Shown here piece after piece: positions 1 to 13,383 of a stretch of DNA of 64,000 nt. Location of the stretch: contig OZ024743.1 of NCBI GenBank assembly GCA_964016885.1, positions 184,016,001 to 184,080,000 of the forward strand, given 5' to 3'. The notes under the pieces are model-generated. The model made no database searches. It was not told the origin of the DNA and saw only the letters and a program-made list of their open reading frames with translations. The position numbers were made by a program, and so were the translations under genes. The DNA is from Eledone cirrhosa. Taxonomy: Eukaryota. Within the stretch, counting starts at the first letter, position 1. Each line of letters opens with the position of its first letter.

Positions 1-100
1 ATGTATCCAGTAATCTCCAGAGTGACATGTGTCCAGTAAGCTCCAGAGTGACATGAGTCCAGCAAGCTCTGGAGTATCACAAATACAGCAAGCTCCAAGA
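1..100. repeat. 26-bp minisatellite (about 4 decaying units)
   Basis: Repeated atgtgtccagtaagctccagagtgac. Confidence 0.7.
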
Positions 101-245
101 ATATGCCTTATCAGCAATCTTCAGTAAATGAAAGAAAAAGATCCTCGACATCTTTCCAGGGAACAATCGATATATAAAACCACCTTTGTAACACCTGCTG
201 ATGCCAGACAACAGTTGATAGAAACCTCTATACAAAACTCCTTAC

Positions 246-433
246 CCTACACCCATTGGTCAACCATTTCTCTTGTGTGACATTCCAAAAATGACAGCCA
301 GACACAACAAAACGAAACTGATAGTTTGGAAAAGGGTCAGCATTGACATTCTCTTCAGTATCAATATCATCATCAACGGAAGCCATCTCCAAAGAATCAT
401 AATAATCATCCACGGATTGTTGTGTGAGCTCAT
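246..433 (-). CDS. PKD1-like gene exon: start of GPS motif; gene continues beyond window
   Basis: ctcattttAG / AGG|gtaagg. 188 nt, phase 1-0. Ends CHFWNVTQEKWLTNGCR, the first half of the GPS (C-x-F-W...W...GC). Confidence 0.9.
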
Positions 434-1159
434 CTAAAATGAGAAGCAAATTATATTATAATGATTGAATGGCATTTTTTTTGTCTGTCACTACGTTCTG
501 ATAATATGGTTCTAAATGTTTAAGAATTCATGAAACACAATAAAAGCAAGAAAAATAAGCGAGGGTGCAAATGTTCCTCTGACAATACTGTTGTCTGCCT
601 TGACAGCATGGAAAGCAGATGATGAGGATGATACACACAAAAACACACACACATATATAGTAACATGAAAAAAGCACTCATTATACCCTGTAAGGTGATC
701 ATGCTGGTGACATGACAAAAGGTGCCCAGTCAACCCTGTAATGTGGTCGTGCTGGTGCCACTACAAAAACTACCCAATTTACCCTGTTAGATGGTCATTT
801 TGATTTTTTAATGTCCTGTCGTTATATGAAGCAGACAGTAAGAATGTGTGTGTGTAAGAGAGAGAAGGGACAGTGATGGTGGTGAAATTTATTTTTAAAC
901 TTAAGCTATACAAAAAACATTGTTTATCCTCAAACTATAAATGAGTAAAATATGTTATTTTGGTAGATTCAGTCATTTGTTACATTTCAATAAGTTTATA
1001 GTGAACTATTATATAGTCAAGCAAAACAGATAATACAGCAAGGGTCTGAAACCAAGGGTGCCAGAATATCAGTTGTTTTGCTGGTGTGCAGTGATGAACA
1101 TAAACACTCTAGAATCAAATAGTTCCATTCATTAAGGAAGTAGTGTTACAAGATCAGTA

Positions 1160-1366
1160 ATGACAATGACCACAACAACAACAACAGCATCAACAGTAGC
1201 AGCAGCAGTACTAGCATCAACAACAGCAGCAGCTGTAACATCAACAACAGCCAGCAGAATCAACAACTACAACAGTAGCATCAACAACAGCAGCATCAAC
1301 AACAGCAGCATCAACAACTACTGCAGCATCAACAACTACAGCAGTAGCATCAACAATAGCAGCAGC
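1160..1366. repeat. (CAA/CAG)n cryptic trinucleotide repeat
   Basis: Runs of cagcagcatcaacaac. Confidence 0.85.
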
Positions 1367-1619
1367 TGTTTTGTAATTTATAGTTTGTACTGACATATGC
1401 ATGTACATGCACACACACACACAATGTTTATAGCTGGAGTTTGCAGTTGGATGAGTTTGTGATAAGATATTGACCGAGATCTTTGGCGGTACACAGTAAT
1501 AGAGAAGACCCGCCTTACCTAAATATAAAGTAAAACCTACTACAGTCAGTAGGCACCTCTAACAAAATACACCCCCGTCCCACTACCCCCACCCCATCCA
1601 CCCCACCCCTTTCAATGTA

Positions 1620-1921
1620 AAGTTATGTTGGTACCACAACATCCAGGCCGAAACAAATGAGGTTGTGTAGGTGTCACGACAAAAAAAACACACAGTCCAC
1701 GCTGTAATGTGGCCGTGTAGGTAACACGGTAAAAACCTCCCAGTTCCACACTGTAAATGTGGTTGGTGTTAGGAAGGGCATCCAGCCGTAGAAAACCCGC
1801 CAGACAGTCCTATGCGAACAAGACAACCACTCTTGCCTCAAATGGGAAAACTCCCGTCCAAACCCATGCAAGCGTGGAATATGGATGTTAAACGATGATG
1901 ATGATGATGATGATGATGATT
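1620..1921 (+). mobile_element. 3' tail of RTE-type LINE (or derived SINE) ending in (GAT)n
   Basis: Ends acccatgcaagcgtggaatatggatgttaaacgatgatgat. Near-identical copy at 10578-10771; related tails at 22740-22790 and 24825-24870 follow RTE ORFs. Confidence 0.7.
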
Positions 1922-2103
1922 ATGACAATCAGTCAAAGGAGAGATAGTTCACACACTGTCATGGGTACTGTGCTATGTCCACAACCAAGCCATTTATTTC
2001 TTACATTAACAAAGGAATAATTTGTAGCAGGGTTCACATTTCATAGCTGTTTATTTAAATATTTAAAACTACAGTAACAAGTGTAAATATGTTAAATACG
2101 TAC

Positions 2104-2572
2104 TAAATGGTCTAATTCCTATAAAATATGTTCCATTTCCAAACTGTTTCACCTGCTCAGAAGTAATAAACACTGTGTAATCAGAGTCAGATGTATTTTG
2201 GTCACTGGATGGTTTATTTGGTACCGTGAAATATAGATCATACTCCGTGTCAGTTGGTGGAAGCTTATGACGCAGCAACACATCTAGGCTAATATTAGTG
2301 AGTTCTGGTTTAACTACTAACAATAAGCTATTCTCAACTGTTGGGATGTTCAATGAGTGGATTGACATACTTTTGTTGAAATTCGAATCAAGAGTCATTG
2401 TTAAAAAAGGTGAGTCATATTTGACTTTGATGTCAATGGAGATATCTTGAGAAAGGTTTGCTACTTCTATGGGCGATCCATCTGGGCTGTACAAATCGAG
2501 AGACACGACATCTGTGTTGATGTACATTGAAGAGGGATCCCACTTGAATGGATTCGATTTGGCATGAAGAAA
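2104..2572 (-). CDS. PKD1-like gene exon (GAIN region)
   Basis: tctttacAG / A|gtacgt. 469 nt, phase 0-1. SNPFKW...VVSLDLYSPDGSPIEVANLSQDISIDI...PPTDTEYD...GTYFIGI is typical of polycystin-1-like proteins. Confidence 0.9.
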
Positions 2573-2809
2573 CTGTAAAGATTGAACAAGAAGGTAATTG
2601 AAAAATATGAATTGAACATTTCTAAGTGGAAACACATTTTCAACTAAAAGTCAATTATGGCTCCAACTTACCTGATCTGAACTTAACTATGATCCATACA
2701 CCCACCCTACCTTCCAAATCTATCCATCTATCCATTCAGCCACCTACCTATCTGTCTAAATCCACGTGGCCTGGGGATGTCCTGGAAACAGAGCCAACTC
2801 CTAAATTAC

Positions 2810-4500
2810 CTCAGGTCACACGCTATAGATGTGATAGCTGTCAGTGAGTCCAGGATTCATGACAAACAGCAGCTAACCCCCACATTCGACGACTTCGAAA
2901 TCTATGCATCTCTTTGTTAGCCGGGAAGAGGAAGGGAAGTTGCTGTGCTCTTTCAGAAAAGCCCCGGATTTCGAAATACGGACGATCTTCTTCGATCAGG
3001 AGGGAAAGTTGGTGGTCCTGGACGTGAAGAAACTGCACTGGGTTGTCAAGATCCTATTTAGATAGATTCCTAATTAGATTAACAGATACGGATATCTGTT
3101 AATGGTCACACATGATCACCTATTCAGACCACAAATTAATGACCTGCATAGTCGACCTAGGTAGAACACACAAACAGGGACCCAGATATTGGAAGCTAAA
3201 CATGCCATTCCCGATGCATAAAGCCTATAGTAAACAGATTAGCACACTAGTTAAACACCAATTGACGGGGGCCATTGTCAACAACAGGTGGTGGTGCTCT
3301 CTCAAGAGAGCAATTAGAATAGAATCAGTAATCTTTAGCAAAGAAATAGCTTTAGAGAAGAATAAAACAGAGAGGGAATTAGTAGCCAAAGTAGAAGAAG
3401 CTCTTAGGAGTGGAAGTACAACTGATGTGCTAGCAGCGATGTGCAGCTTTCCAGCGGCACTTTGCACAACTATTCAGGTAGAGTGGTGTGTCAGATGGGG
3501 TGATGGATTTCAGTTCCTACCTCGATGGCCTACCATGACTCTGAGACATGGATGCAGTGAGTAAAATACAAGATACCCTATGCAACTGTGGGAGGTGCAA
3601 ATCACCTGGTTTGGATGGTCTGCCCTATAAGTTTTATGTAGGCATGCCAGATTTGTTCTCTGATGTCCTCGAAGCAGTCTACTGCAACTGGCAGTAGAAT
3701 GGGAGGATTCTCAGTTCTGTAAGCCGGAGTGTAGTAATGCTGATCAGGAAAGATGAGAACAAAGGGAATACTATAAACAATTTTAGGCTCATAACTCTGC
3801 TCGACACAGAGTTGAAGATTTTGGCCAAGATGTTAGCAATGAAGTTGGTGCTCATTGTCAAGAACCTGGTAGGGGAAGCACAAATGTGTGCAATCCTGAC
3901 CAGGTCCATACACAAAGACCTCCACCTCATGTGATACATCATAGAGAGGGTAGGGTGTAAACCTGACTTTGGTGGTGCTCTGATCAATTTAGACGAATCT
4001 AAAGCATTTGAAAGGGTTGACCATCAATACATGGGAGCGCTGCTCACAGCGGCTGGCTTCGGCCCCATCTTCAGAGGCTTGATCGCTGCCATGCACAGCA
4101 GCATCTGCTCCGTAGTCAAGGTAAATGGCTACCTATCAATGATGCTCTCTCTCCTCCCTTCTGTATGTACTGACTCTTGAGCCACTACTGCAGAAGTTGG
4201 AACTGTTGCAGGGCCTCCCACTTGAACCAGAATTGGGAAAGGCAGTGTCAGCTTATGTCGACGACATAACCATAATAGTATGGAAAACCTCAGAAATTGG
4301 GGTAATCAGCAATTTGTTACAAGAATGCAAAACATTAATGGAAGTAAAAATAAACCCGGACAAGTCTGTCGGTTTGCAACATGTCACATGAAGAGGCAAA
4401 CCTATGCCATCCGACAGCGTCGTTAAACACTGGACGGAAGGACCGGTAAAATTGCTTGGGGTCCGGTTTGGTCCAGACCTCCAGGTGGATAAAAACTGGA
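2810..4500 (+). mobile_element. Degenerate Tx1/L1-clade LINE (EN and RT)
   Basis: Decayed homology to 58190-60510: GPRYWKLN, NFRLITLLDTELKILAKMLA, AYVDDIT. Confidence 0.85.
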
Positions 4501-4558
4501 ATTAAGCCAAAGTAACTTTTATACAAACATATACAATCTTTTGAAATGTATGGCTTAC

Positions 4559-4798
4559 CTTGGTGTCAATAAATTTTTCTCTCATGCTGTGTGGCAGCAA
4601 ATTGCCAATACTTGGGAGTTTCACAGAACCTGAACCCAATATAGAATTATTTAAACTGTCTGGAGTTTTTCGTTCACCCAAAATTGTGAACATTTCTGAT
4701 TCTAACTTAATGGCAGGTTCACCAGGCATACGGTTGGCAAGAACACTACGAATAACTTGGTCTGTAATTTTGATGGCTGTGTTGGTGAAATCTCGGGT
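4559..4798 (-). CDS. PKD1-like gene exon (GAIN region)
   Basis: tttcttccAG / AAG|gtaagc. 240 nt, phase 0-0. ...VLANRMPGEPAIKLES...VKLPS. Confidence 0.85.
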
Positions 4799-5115
4799 CT
4801 GGAAGAAATATAACTTGCTCAGAAAATAATACTGTTTTCTTAATTTTTCTAATAAGACAATAAAACAAATTTATGTATGGAAGGAGTACAACTAACTGAA
4901 TTTATTTTAGTATATTACTGGTACGAAAGTGAAGAAATTCTAAGGAAGGAAATTACAATTTATTCCTTTATTTTTTCGATCATTTGACTGCGATCATTTT
5001 CTGTAAGAAGACTGGGAAGATCAAAGATAAAGGTAGTACTTGAAGCATGCATTTTTACGGATTTTACTAATTACTATATGTATATATGTATATATGTATA
5101 TATATATATATATAT

Positions 5116-5471
5116 CAGGGGCGAAGGGTGCATGCATGCATTATAGAATCTTGAGTTGATCAATTGCGTCGGTTGAAGCAAGCAGAATTTTGGCTGCTTA
5201 CTAAATCGTATAGACACATAAAAAGATAACACACACACACACACATACACACAAACACACGACAGCTTTGGGGCAAGCAGAATTTTGACTGCTTGCTAAA
5301 TCGTAGACACATAAAAAGATAACACACACACACTAGATACATTACATGCGGCTTTGACCGGGAGGATCATTTAGAGGGAATTGGGGGGGGGGGGGGTAAG
5401 GCTGTACAGCCCCACTTTCCGCCATGAAGATTGGACTGCATGCCCTGCTTTCAGGTTACCCTTCACCACTG
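5116..5471. mobile_element. MITE in a (TA)n tract with an internal ~60-bp duplication
   Basis: Ends caggggcgaagggt ... acccttcaccactg are imperfect 14-bp TIRs flanked by (TA)n. Internal direct repeat at about 5177-5245 and 5274-5335. Confidence 0.6.
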
Positions 5472-5929
5472 ATATATATATATAGGTCACATTTGTCTAA
5501 ATCTGTGTTTGTTTATGTTCCGATCAATAAAATAAGTACCAGTTTGAAAAATAAGTACTGGGGGTTGATATAATCAACTAAATCCCTTCAAGGTGGAATC
5601 CCTATATATTCACAGTCTAATGATTGAAACCAGTAAAATAATAAAAGAAGCTAAATGATTATAAATTTCTGGTAGTGATATCTGTCTAGCTGTTTTGATT
5701 GTCTATGAAAACAATACAGTTTTATCAATCTTAGTTTGAAATTTTAAACAGTTCAGTGTTTATAATGTGGTAGATTATGAAACTGGAAGTGAAAGAAGTG
5801 ATGTCAGGTTAATGCAGAAGGTTAGCCCTAGATCTTCATTTGCATAGAATTGTCATTAAGGTAGAATTCTCACACTCATTTCATCACTGATCTCTATCTG
5901 GGCCAATAGCACAACAAGTACTCTAGTGT

Positions 5930-6240
5930 TGTACAGTGGTAATACTGGTGACATGATAAAATACACCAAGTCTGCCTTGTAAAGTGGATATGATAAAATA
6001 CACCTAGTCAACCTTGTAAGGTGGTAGGGATGGTGACATGATAAAATACACCCAGTCCAGCCTATAAGGTGGTAGTGCTGGTGACATGATAAAATACACC
6101 CAGTCAACTCTGTAATGAGGTAGAGCTGGTGGTATGATAAAATACAACTAATCCACCCTGTAAAGTGGTAGGAATGGTGCCACAACAAAAAGCATGCAGT
6201 CCACTCTGCAAGGTGGTACTGATGGTGTCATGGCTGGGTT
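5930..6240 (+). repeat. ~48-bp minisatellite
   Basis: Unit gtgacatgataaaatacacccagtcaaccctgtaaggtggtagtgctg, about 6 copies; related units at 660-800. Confidence 0.8.
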
Positions 6241-6552
6241 GATATCAAAAGAATTAATATCCAATCAATTATACTCCTGCTTTGGCTACAAGAGTAAAAA
6301 GGAACTTTATGCTTGGTCAAACGAAATCTATATAATGAATAAGCTACGACCATTTCACACCAGCAAATGTTTTGCTTGAAGAACTTTTAGCAGTGTCTCC
6401 TTGATGATGTACGACTGTGGATTTCAGTTGTTATATGACAGAATAATTAGGATGCTCAAATAGAACAAATAAAATTAGTAGTTTTGTTTCATAGGCCCAG
6501 AGTCGGTTTTGACAGGGCTGATAACGAAAAAGTTAACAAAAAATATTTCAAC

Positions 6553-6731
6553 CTTATTAGTTATTGCTGGACTGATAGGTTTCCAGTTCTGATTAATATT
6601 TTCTTCATTTGTATTGCTTTTCTTCTCTTCTGTTGCTTTTTGTTTGTCTGAGTTGATTTTCACATCCTCCTCTGCCAGATCATTTTCAAAGTCAATTGAT
6701 TGCAATACATTACTCAGACTAACTATAATAT
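6553..6731 (-). CDS. PKD1-like gene exon
   Basis: ttttctgcAG / AAG|gttgaa. 179 nt, phase 1-0. DIIVSLSNVLQSIDFE...PAITNK. Confidence 0.75.
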
Positions 6732-7422
6732 CTGCAGAAAAGAAAGGAAAAAAAGCAAAAGAAAGTAGTATTATATATATTTTATGATGTGAAGATCTTT
6801 TTAGCAATAGCCTTTTTCTGCTGTTAACCCTTTTGATATCAACCTGTCAAAACCTGTCCCAATTCTATGATGACAAAGCTCTTATTTTAAAGTTTTTAAA
6901 TATAAATAAAAAATAATGTTACGGAAGATTATTTTTATTAAGTGTTAAATGACAGCTTATTATTGTTGGTTATTTACAAAATTAATTGAAAACTTAGTTG
7001 GTTTATTTCATAATAAATATGTTAATGAAAGTGTTAAATAAATGGAATGGATTGTCACATATGGAATCAAAGTGGTAAAGATAACCTTGCAGACATAGTG
7101 GAGTGAGACTAGGGTTAGAAATGTTGATTGAAGAGTAAATAGTTTGTATATGTTTCCAATACTGCAGCATGTCCTTAGTTTAGACAGTTAACTCTTAAAC
7201 AGAAAAGCATGTCTAGTTGTAAATTAGGATAGTGGAGGGTTATGGTTAAGTACCACAAGGGTTGTGTAATGTAAGAGTTTACAGTTCTGTGGTTAGATAC
7301 AAGATGTGTCTCACCAAGCTGACATACTGAAGTACACATGTACACAATAACCCCCCCCCCCCCCCTACAACCACCACCATCACCACACATACACACACCT
7401 CACACATACAATATATGCTTAC

Positions 7423-7525
7423 CTTCACTTGCAAGGAGATTTTGCTTAGAATCTTGATCACGCGAGTCTGAAACCATCATTTCCATGGTGTTGGCCATGT
7501 TTTCCATAGCTGATATTGTAACACT
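7423..7525 (-). CDS. PKD1-like gene exon
   Basis: ttgattacAG / G|gtaagc. 103 nt, phase 0-1. SVTISAMENMANTMEMMVSDSRDQDSKQNLLASE. Confidence 0.75.
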
Positions 7526-8432
7526 CTGTAATCAACAAACAAACTATATATGGTTGCAACGTAAACAAATAAACAATATAATCTGAGGAACAGATTTGGT
7601 GAGCTAAGTACACACTATAATTTCTACTAGAAGATGTTTTACTCCACTTGATACCATAATATTTAATTTCTCATTTCTATAAATCTTAGGCTGACTGCAA
7701 CACATTAAATAACATCTAAATACAATTTAATAGAAAACTAAAAAAAATTTAGATTGAGAAGAAAGAATGGAATGTAAGATTAAAAAACAACCAAAAAATA
7801 GAAAGGAAGTGCTATAGTGTCACAGAAGAATGGTGAGGAGGAGGGGGATTGGGCCTAGGGTGCAGTGGTAATGTGGCTGTTATAGATTGTTGGGTTAAAG
7901 TATGGTCACATGTACTAGGTCAATTTTGTTGGTTTTACACCTTTCATTTTAACAATTTTAGCTTTGAGCATTTATTGAATAGGAAATCAATATGGTTGTA
8001 GACTTTGATATTCTAGTTGTTACCACTTGATGTTAATTCAATTTAAAAAACTCTATTTTACTGTAAAGGAGCCAATTGTAGGATTGGTCTTTCCATTGCT
8101 GATACTATTTGTTGGTTGCAGCTCTTAGCAGGAGGCAGGATTTTAATTTAGAACACACAGTGCCTGATTAGATACTAGAAAGCATCCTGTCTAGCTTTTT
8201 AAGAACCTCACTAATTCATTGTCCCTGAACTAGTACTTTATTTGTTGATCCCAAAAGGGGGAAAATTGAAAGTTAAACTCAGCCAAATTTGAACTCAGAA
8301 TGTTGTAAGCCAAAACAAATACTGAAGCATTTAATCTAATGCGCCAATGACTGATAATTCACTGCCTATTTTACTGGAAACAGTCATAAAGTAAGGTATG
8401 TTGTAAAATAATTGCAGAGAACTCTTACTTAC

Positions 8433-8561
8433 CTGAGCTTTATCGGAGAGTTCTTTTGGTTCTAGTGTTATAACACGAAAAGCCATTGCTGTTTGTTGAA
8501 GAGAGTCAAAAGTTGTGGGTTGTGATGTTTTTGCCAATGTTTCAACAGCAAAAGTTCGTAA
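8433..8561 (-). CDS. PKD1-like gene exon
   Basis: atcatttcAG / CAG|gtaagt. 129 nt, phase 0-0. LRTFAVETLAKTSQPTTFDSLQQTAMAFRVITLEPKELSDKAQ. Confidence 0.82.
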
Positions 8562-9471
8562 CTGAAATGATAATTGATGATTAAATAATTAACAAAATTT
8601 TATTTAAGAGGCCAGAAGTGATCAAGTAAAATAAGTCACAAAAGTATGATGAAAAACTATGATACTAATAACAAAAATAAAAAAATATGAAAGTATTTGA
8701 TTTATATTTTTTCAAACTTCAAACTAGCATCACTTCAAATTAAAATAACTTCTAATTCTTTAAAATATAATTGATACTGCTTTGTCAGGGGATTTACTCA
8801 AAATATTTTATGCCAAGTTTTAAATATATTTTCAGCATATAAATATTCAATATCCTTTAGGTGTAAAATATGTTTTCATATATTTTTCATCATCATTTTT
8901 TGTCCACTTTCCATTTTACTTGTACATTCCATTTTTGGCATAGTTTCTATGGAAGGATGCACTTCCCAATACCACTGGGTGCTTTTCACCAGCACAACCA
9001 CTTTTCAGAGTAGACCAAGTGTACTTTATCACTTAACTGAGTGGACTGGGTGTATTTTATTGTGACATCAGCACATACGTCAGATCTATTTATTAACACT
9101 GATGTCAACAATAGGCTTATAGATTGAATTTTCAAGCAATTATATAAACTACATGCCATATTGGTTTCAAATTTTGGCACCAGACCAGCAATCTTTGTTT
9201 TTTTTTTGGGGGGGGGGGGGATTGACTTCATCAACTCAAGTACTTGACTGGTGCTTTATTTTATTGATTCTGAAAAGATGAAAAGTAAAGTTGATCTCAG
9301 CAGGATTAAAAGAAGAAAGAAAAAGAAAATAAAGGAGGAAGAAGAAAAGTGAAATTGTCATTGGCAGGATTTGAACTCAGAGAGCAAGAACAGATACTGC
9401 AAAGCTTTTAATAACTATGCCAGCTCACCAACCACTTCAACTAACAGTAAGGATTTAGAATTTCAGTTAAC

Positions 9472-9582
9472 CTGGATTAATTGTTTCTTTTTTTCAGAAG
9501 ATTCTGTTGCGGCAGAAGTATTTAAGTGTTTCCCATTGTCATCATCATTTGATACAGCTGTTGAGAAGTTCTCAGTATTGTC
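9472..9582 (-). CDS. PKD1-like gene exon (low-complexity linker)
   Basis: cttttcctcctcttccAG / CAG|gttaac. 111 nt, open, phase 0-0. DNTENFSTAVSNDDDNGKHLNTSAATESSEKKKQLIQ. Confidence 0.65.
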
Positions 9583-10354
9583 CTGGAAGAGGAGGAAAAG
9601 AAAGGTTGTATTTTCAGAAACTATTAGGGGGTAGTAAGAGAAGGAAATGAAAGTATCATATCAGTTGAGGAGATGAACTGGGATTGGGACAGGAAAAAGG
9701 TGGGAATAACAGCAATTCACAAGAGATACATAGTAAATAAACGATGCAATTATTTGAGAAATATAAGTGTGTGTGTGTGTGTGCATGTGTATGCGGGATA
9801 AACGCGGACTCCATAAGTCATAGTGAACACAACTTGTCTAGGAGGGCAGTAATTCTGATTAAAGACTACTGCATGGGGTAGATGTGAGCCTTGTAAGCCA
9901 TAGTGAAGGTAACTCATCTTGGAAGGCAGCAACTCTGATTAAAGACTACTGCACGGGGTAGACATGGGCCCTGTAAGCCGTAGTGAAGGCAACCTGTCTA
10001 GGAGAGCAGACTCTCCAAATAAAAACTAACACAGGGTGGAGAGGACCCTTGAGTCCAGTAAGACAATCTCTTTAGTGCTGGTGGCATGATAATACACCCA
10101 GTCCACACTGTAAGGTGGCTGGTGATAGGAAAGGCATCCAGCCAGAAAAACCCACCCAAAAATTATAAACAGTACGACAAATGTAACTCCCACAAATTAC
10201 ATATACAGGGCTAACACTAAGCATGTTAGTGCTTCACATGGTAGTTGGGTTGTTAGAATAGCCATGTGTGAGAACCCCTCAACCATCATCAAGCAATCGC
10301 ACAACCCCTTTCCCTTTCAGATATATAAAACATCTACTCAAGGAAATAGAACTA

Positions 10355-10546
10355 TAATAATTGTTTCTACTTTTGGCACAAGGCCAGCAATTACCCAGTG
10401 CATTACTGGTACTTTATTTTATCGACCCCGTAAGGATGAAAGGCAAAGTTAACCTCGGCGGGATTTGAACTCAGATCATAAAGGGCCGTAACTCTATGCT
10501 ACAAAGCATGGTGTCCGACCCTCTACCGATACTGCCAATCCACCGA
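10355..10546 (-). mobile_element. tRNA-derived SINE
   Basis: Reverse complement of the 14785-14970 SINE, with A box, B box and gcctttcatccttacggggtcgataaaataaagtacc core. Confidence 0.85.
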
Positions 10547-11135
10547 TAATAATAATAGCAAATACGAAATTTCAATACATGTAGGTAACACGGTAAAAAC
10601 CTCCCAGTTCACACTGTAAACGTGTAAAGGGCATCCAGCTGTAGAAAACCCGCCAGACAGTCCTATACGAGCAAGACAACCAATCTTGCCTCAAGTGGGA
10701 AAATTCCCGTCCAAACCCATGCAAGCGTGGAATATGGACGTTAAACGATGATGATGATGATGATGATGATGATCTGTATACAGCTATGCATGAAGCTAAC
10801 TCCTAATTCTCTTCTATTATAAGTTGAGCCAACTTATGCAGCTTCATAGGCAAATGAGATTAATCACCTCATTTACACAGACGAGAAAGCCATATATTCT
10901 CACCTGTTTTCAAGCCCAGCAGTTGCAAGTGTGGGAGAGATCTACTGATGAAAACCAGTTATGTTCGAAATGCACTGACAGTTGTTCCCCTTACTTCTCT
11001 GGACACCACCAGAGGGCAGGGCGATAGCCCCAGTGTTTTGCTACAGCTGTCTAAATGTTTATCCATAAACATACCGTATTTCTTTAGAATTATGAAATTT
11101 CAAAACATATCTGTATACAGCTATGCATGAAGTTA

Positions 11136-11140
11136 AATCC

Positions 11141-11202
<62 letters not shown>
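11136..11202. repeat. (TA)n microsatellite
   Basis: Direct reading; other (TA)n tracts at 12520-12565 and 21243-21340. Confidence 0.95.
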
Positions 11203-11206
<4 letters not shown>

Positions 11207-12513
11207 GTTATCTCTGTATTTTATTTACTTTATTCTTAACTCTGAAGCCGAGAATCATTCGGTTTCCTAGTTAAAATTTTAGTCTACGACTTCAGTTATA
11301 CCATTTACGTGGTTTTGTCTTTACGTGCAATTGTTCTCCACGCTCCACATATGACGTACTATCTTCGTTTTTTCCGTTCATTGTCAGAGAACGTCTCTAT
11401 GAACAACCTAAGAGAATATTAGTCTACGACTTCTTTTATACCATAAACGTGGTTTTGTCTTTGAGTGTAATTGTTTTTCACCGCTCCAAATAATGACGTA
11501 TTATATTCGTTTTTTCCCGTTCTTTGCCAGGGAACGTTTCCATGAACCAAAGTATCGTCTTCCTGTCTTCCTCCGGTTGCAATGTTTTTTGAAATATTCA
11601 CTTCTGCGCTCATAGATTGACTTTGTTAGTTTCAGAAGATCCCGTTAAGGGTGAAAGCAGCGATTCTTTGCTTAAACTTTAATCTGTTATTTTAATAAAT
11701 TTTTGCTCTACGGTTCTTATATATTTGATATATATTTATCCTTATCGAGCCCTCTTTGGATTTTAGTCTTCAAATTTTCATTATTACTATATATATATAT
11801 AATGCTGGTACCACAAAACATCCAGCCCCTACTGTAAAGTGATCGTGTAGGTGTCACGACAAAAAGCACCCGCTCACACATTCTTTCTGTTTATAGAACT
11901 TAGAAGGCCAAGGCTAAACAGAAAGAATGAATGGAATAACAACAACACCCAAACAAACAACACTGACCTAAGAGAAGTATAAATAAATAACTAGATAAAT
12001 AAATAAATAAATACATACACAAGCACAATAACAACAAACACATATAAACACACACTAGTAAACCAATACACAGTCACCCAATCACGAACACACATCAAAC
12101 AAAACACTATACACACATGCAAACGCATGCGCAAAGAAGACAAAATAAAATAAACAAACAAATAAATATATAAACAGACTAAATAAAGATGGCGTAGAAA
12201 ATACAATGCAACGGGAGGAAACAATAGCACCACTGACGATGTTGCAGATGTGCAACGAAAGAACTTTGATAAACTATATATATGTGTTTGTGTCTATATT
12301 GTATCTGTATTATTTTTTACTGTTGGTCAGTCAATGGCAACATTGAGGACCGAATAAATTAGATTACCGATATAAAAGACATAGAAGCGAAAACCAACCA
12401 AACAGTGAGTGTGTTCTGTTATTAATTCTGGCAATATTACACAAATATGACCCTCCCCAAGTATAACAATATTTGTTTCGACACACGATTTCATATCAAA
12501 AACCTCGCAAAAC

Positions 12514-12565
<52 letters not shown>

Positions 12566-12566
<1 letters not shown>

Positions 12567-13140
12567 TAGCATATTTACCCGGCGTTGCTCGGGGTTTGAA
12601 ATTATGCTAAGAATATACAGCTAGGAAGTAAAAGAAGAACATTATTTGTCCCCAACCTGTCAAAATAAACAGAAGCCTTCAATAATTAATGCAAACGAAT
12701 ATTTTGTGCAATCTTTGTACACTTAAAACTATGCTGATAATGAAGGAAAACACTGAACAGGATGTAGTTATACAAATGATTAAAGACAATATACGTTGCA
12801 AATCTGTAAAAAAAACAGGCAGTTTTGCTAAAGTACAAAAAGTTGTTCAAATGAATGTGATGTTTATATTTCTGAAAAGTTGGTTATCTCCCTTTTTTAT
12901 AAGGATTGTCAATAAAGTTTGTTATCTCCCTTACATTAATTTTTCTACCGATAATTTTGATATCGATTTGTTATTGCTCAACGTGGGTCGATTTGAAAAA
13001 TGTTTGTGATGTGACAATCTTAGCGACCTGTGCAACGTGCACAGAAAATTTGGTCAAATTCAGTTGGTAATTGTAAAAGCCTTAAGTATGCAAAGTTGTA
13101 CACAGACACACACACATCCTCTCTTTTATATATATAAAGA
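12566..13140 (-). mobile_element. Non-autonomous Helitron
   Basis: Minus strand A|TCtttatatatataaaagag ... GC hairpin cccgagcaacgccggg ... CTAG|T. No TSD. Confidence 0.75.
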
Positions 13141-13383
13141 TTACAAGTTTCGTTTCATTTGGGTTGTATTTGCACATATAAGCTCACATATCGAAAAAGA
13201 GTCAAGTTCTGTCACCTTGATTGTTTCCTGAGCTGATCGATATTGAAACAATTGTAATATGCAAATAAAGTTTGTACATATGCTGCAACACTGACTGCGA
13301 TGCTTTTAATTCTCTCTCTCTCTCATATATATATACATATATATATTTACTCTACAGGGTTTTATATATATATTTTTTATATA

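Noticed and set aside
1160-1393. Thr/Ala/Asn/Ser-rich ORF
   Set aside because: Translation of a CAA/CAG repeat in an intron, with no splice or domain support.
5930-6240. CRISPR-like regularly spaced repeats
   Set aside because: Whole units repeat with no unique spacers; eukaryotic context and no cas genes.
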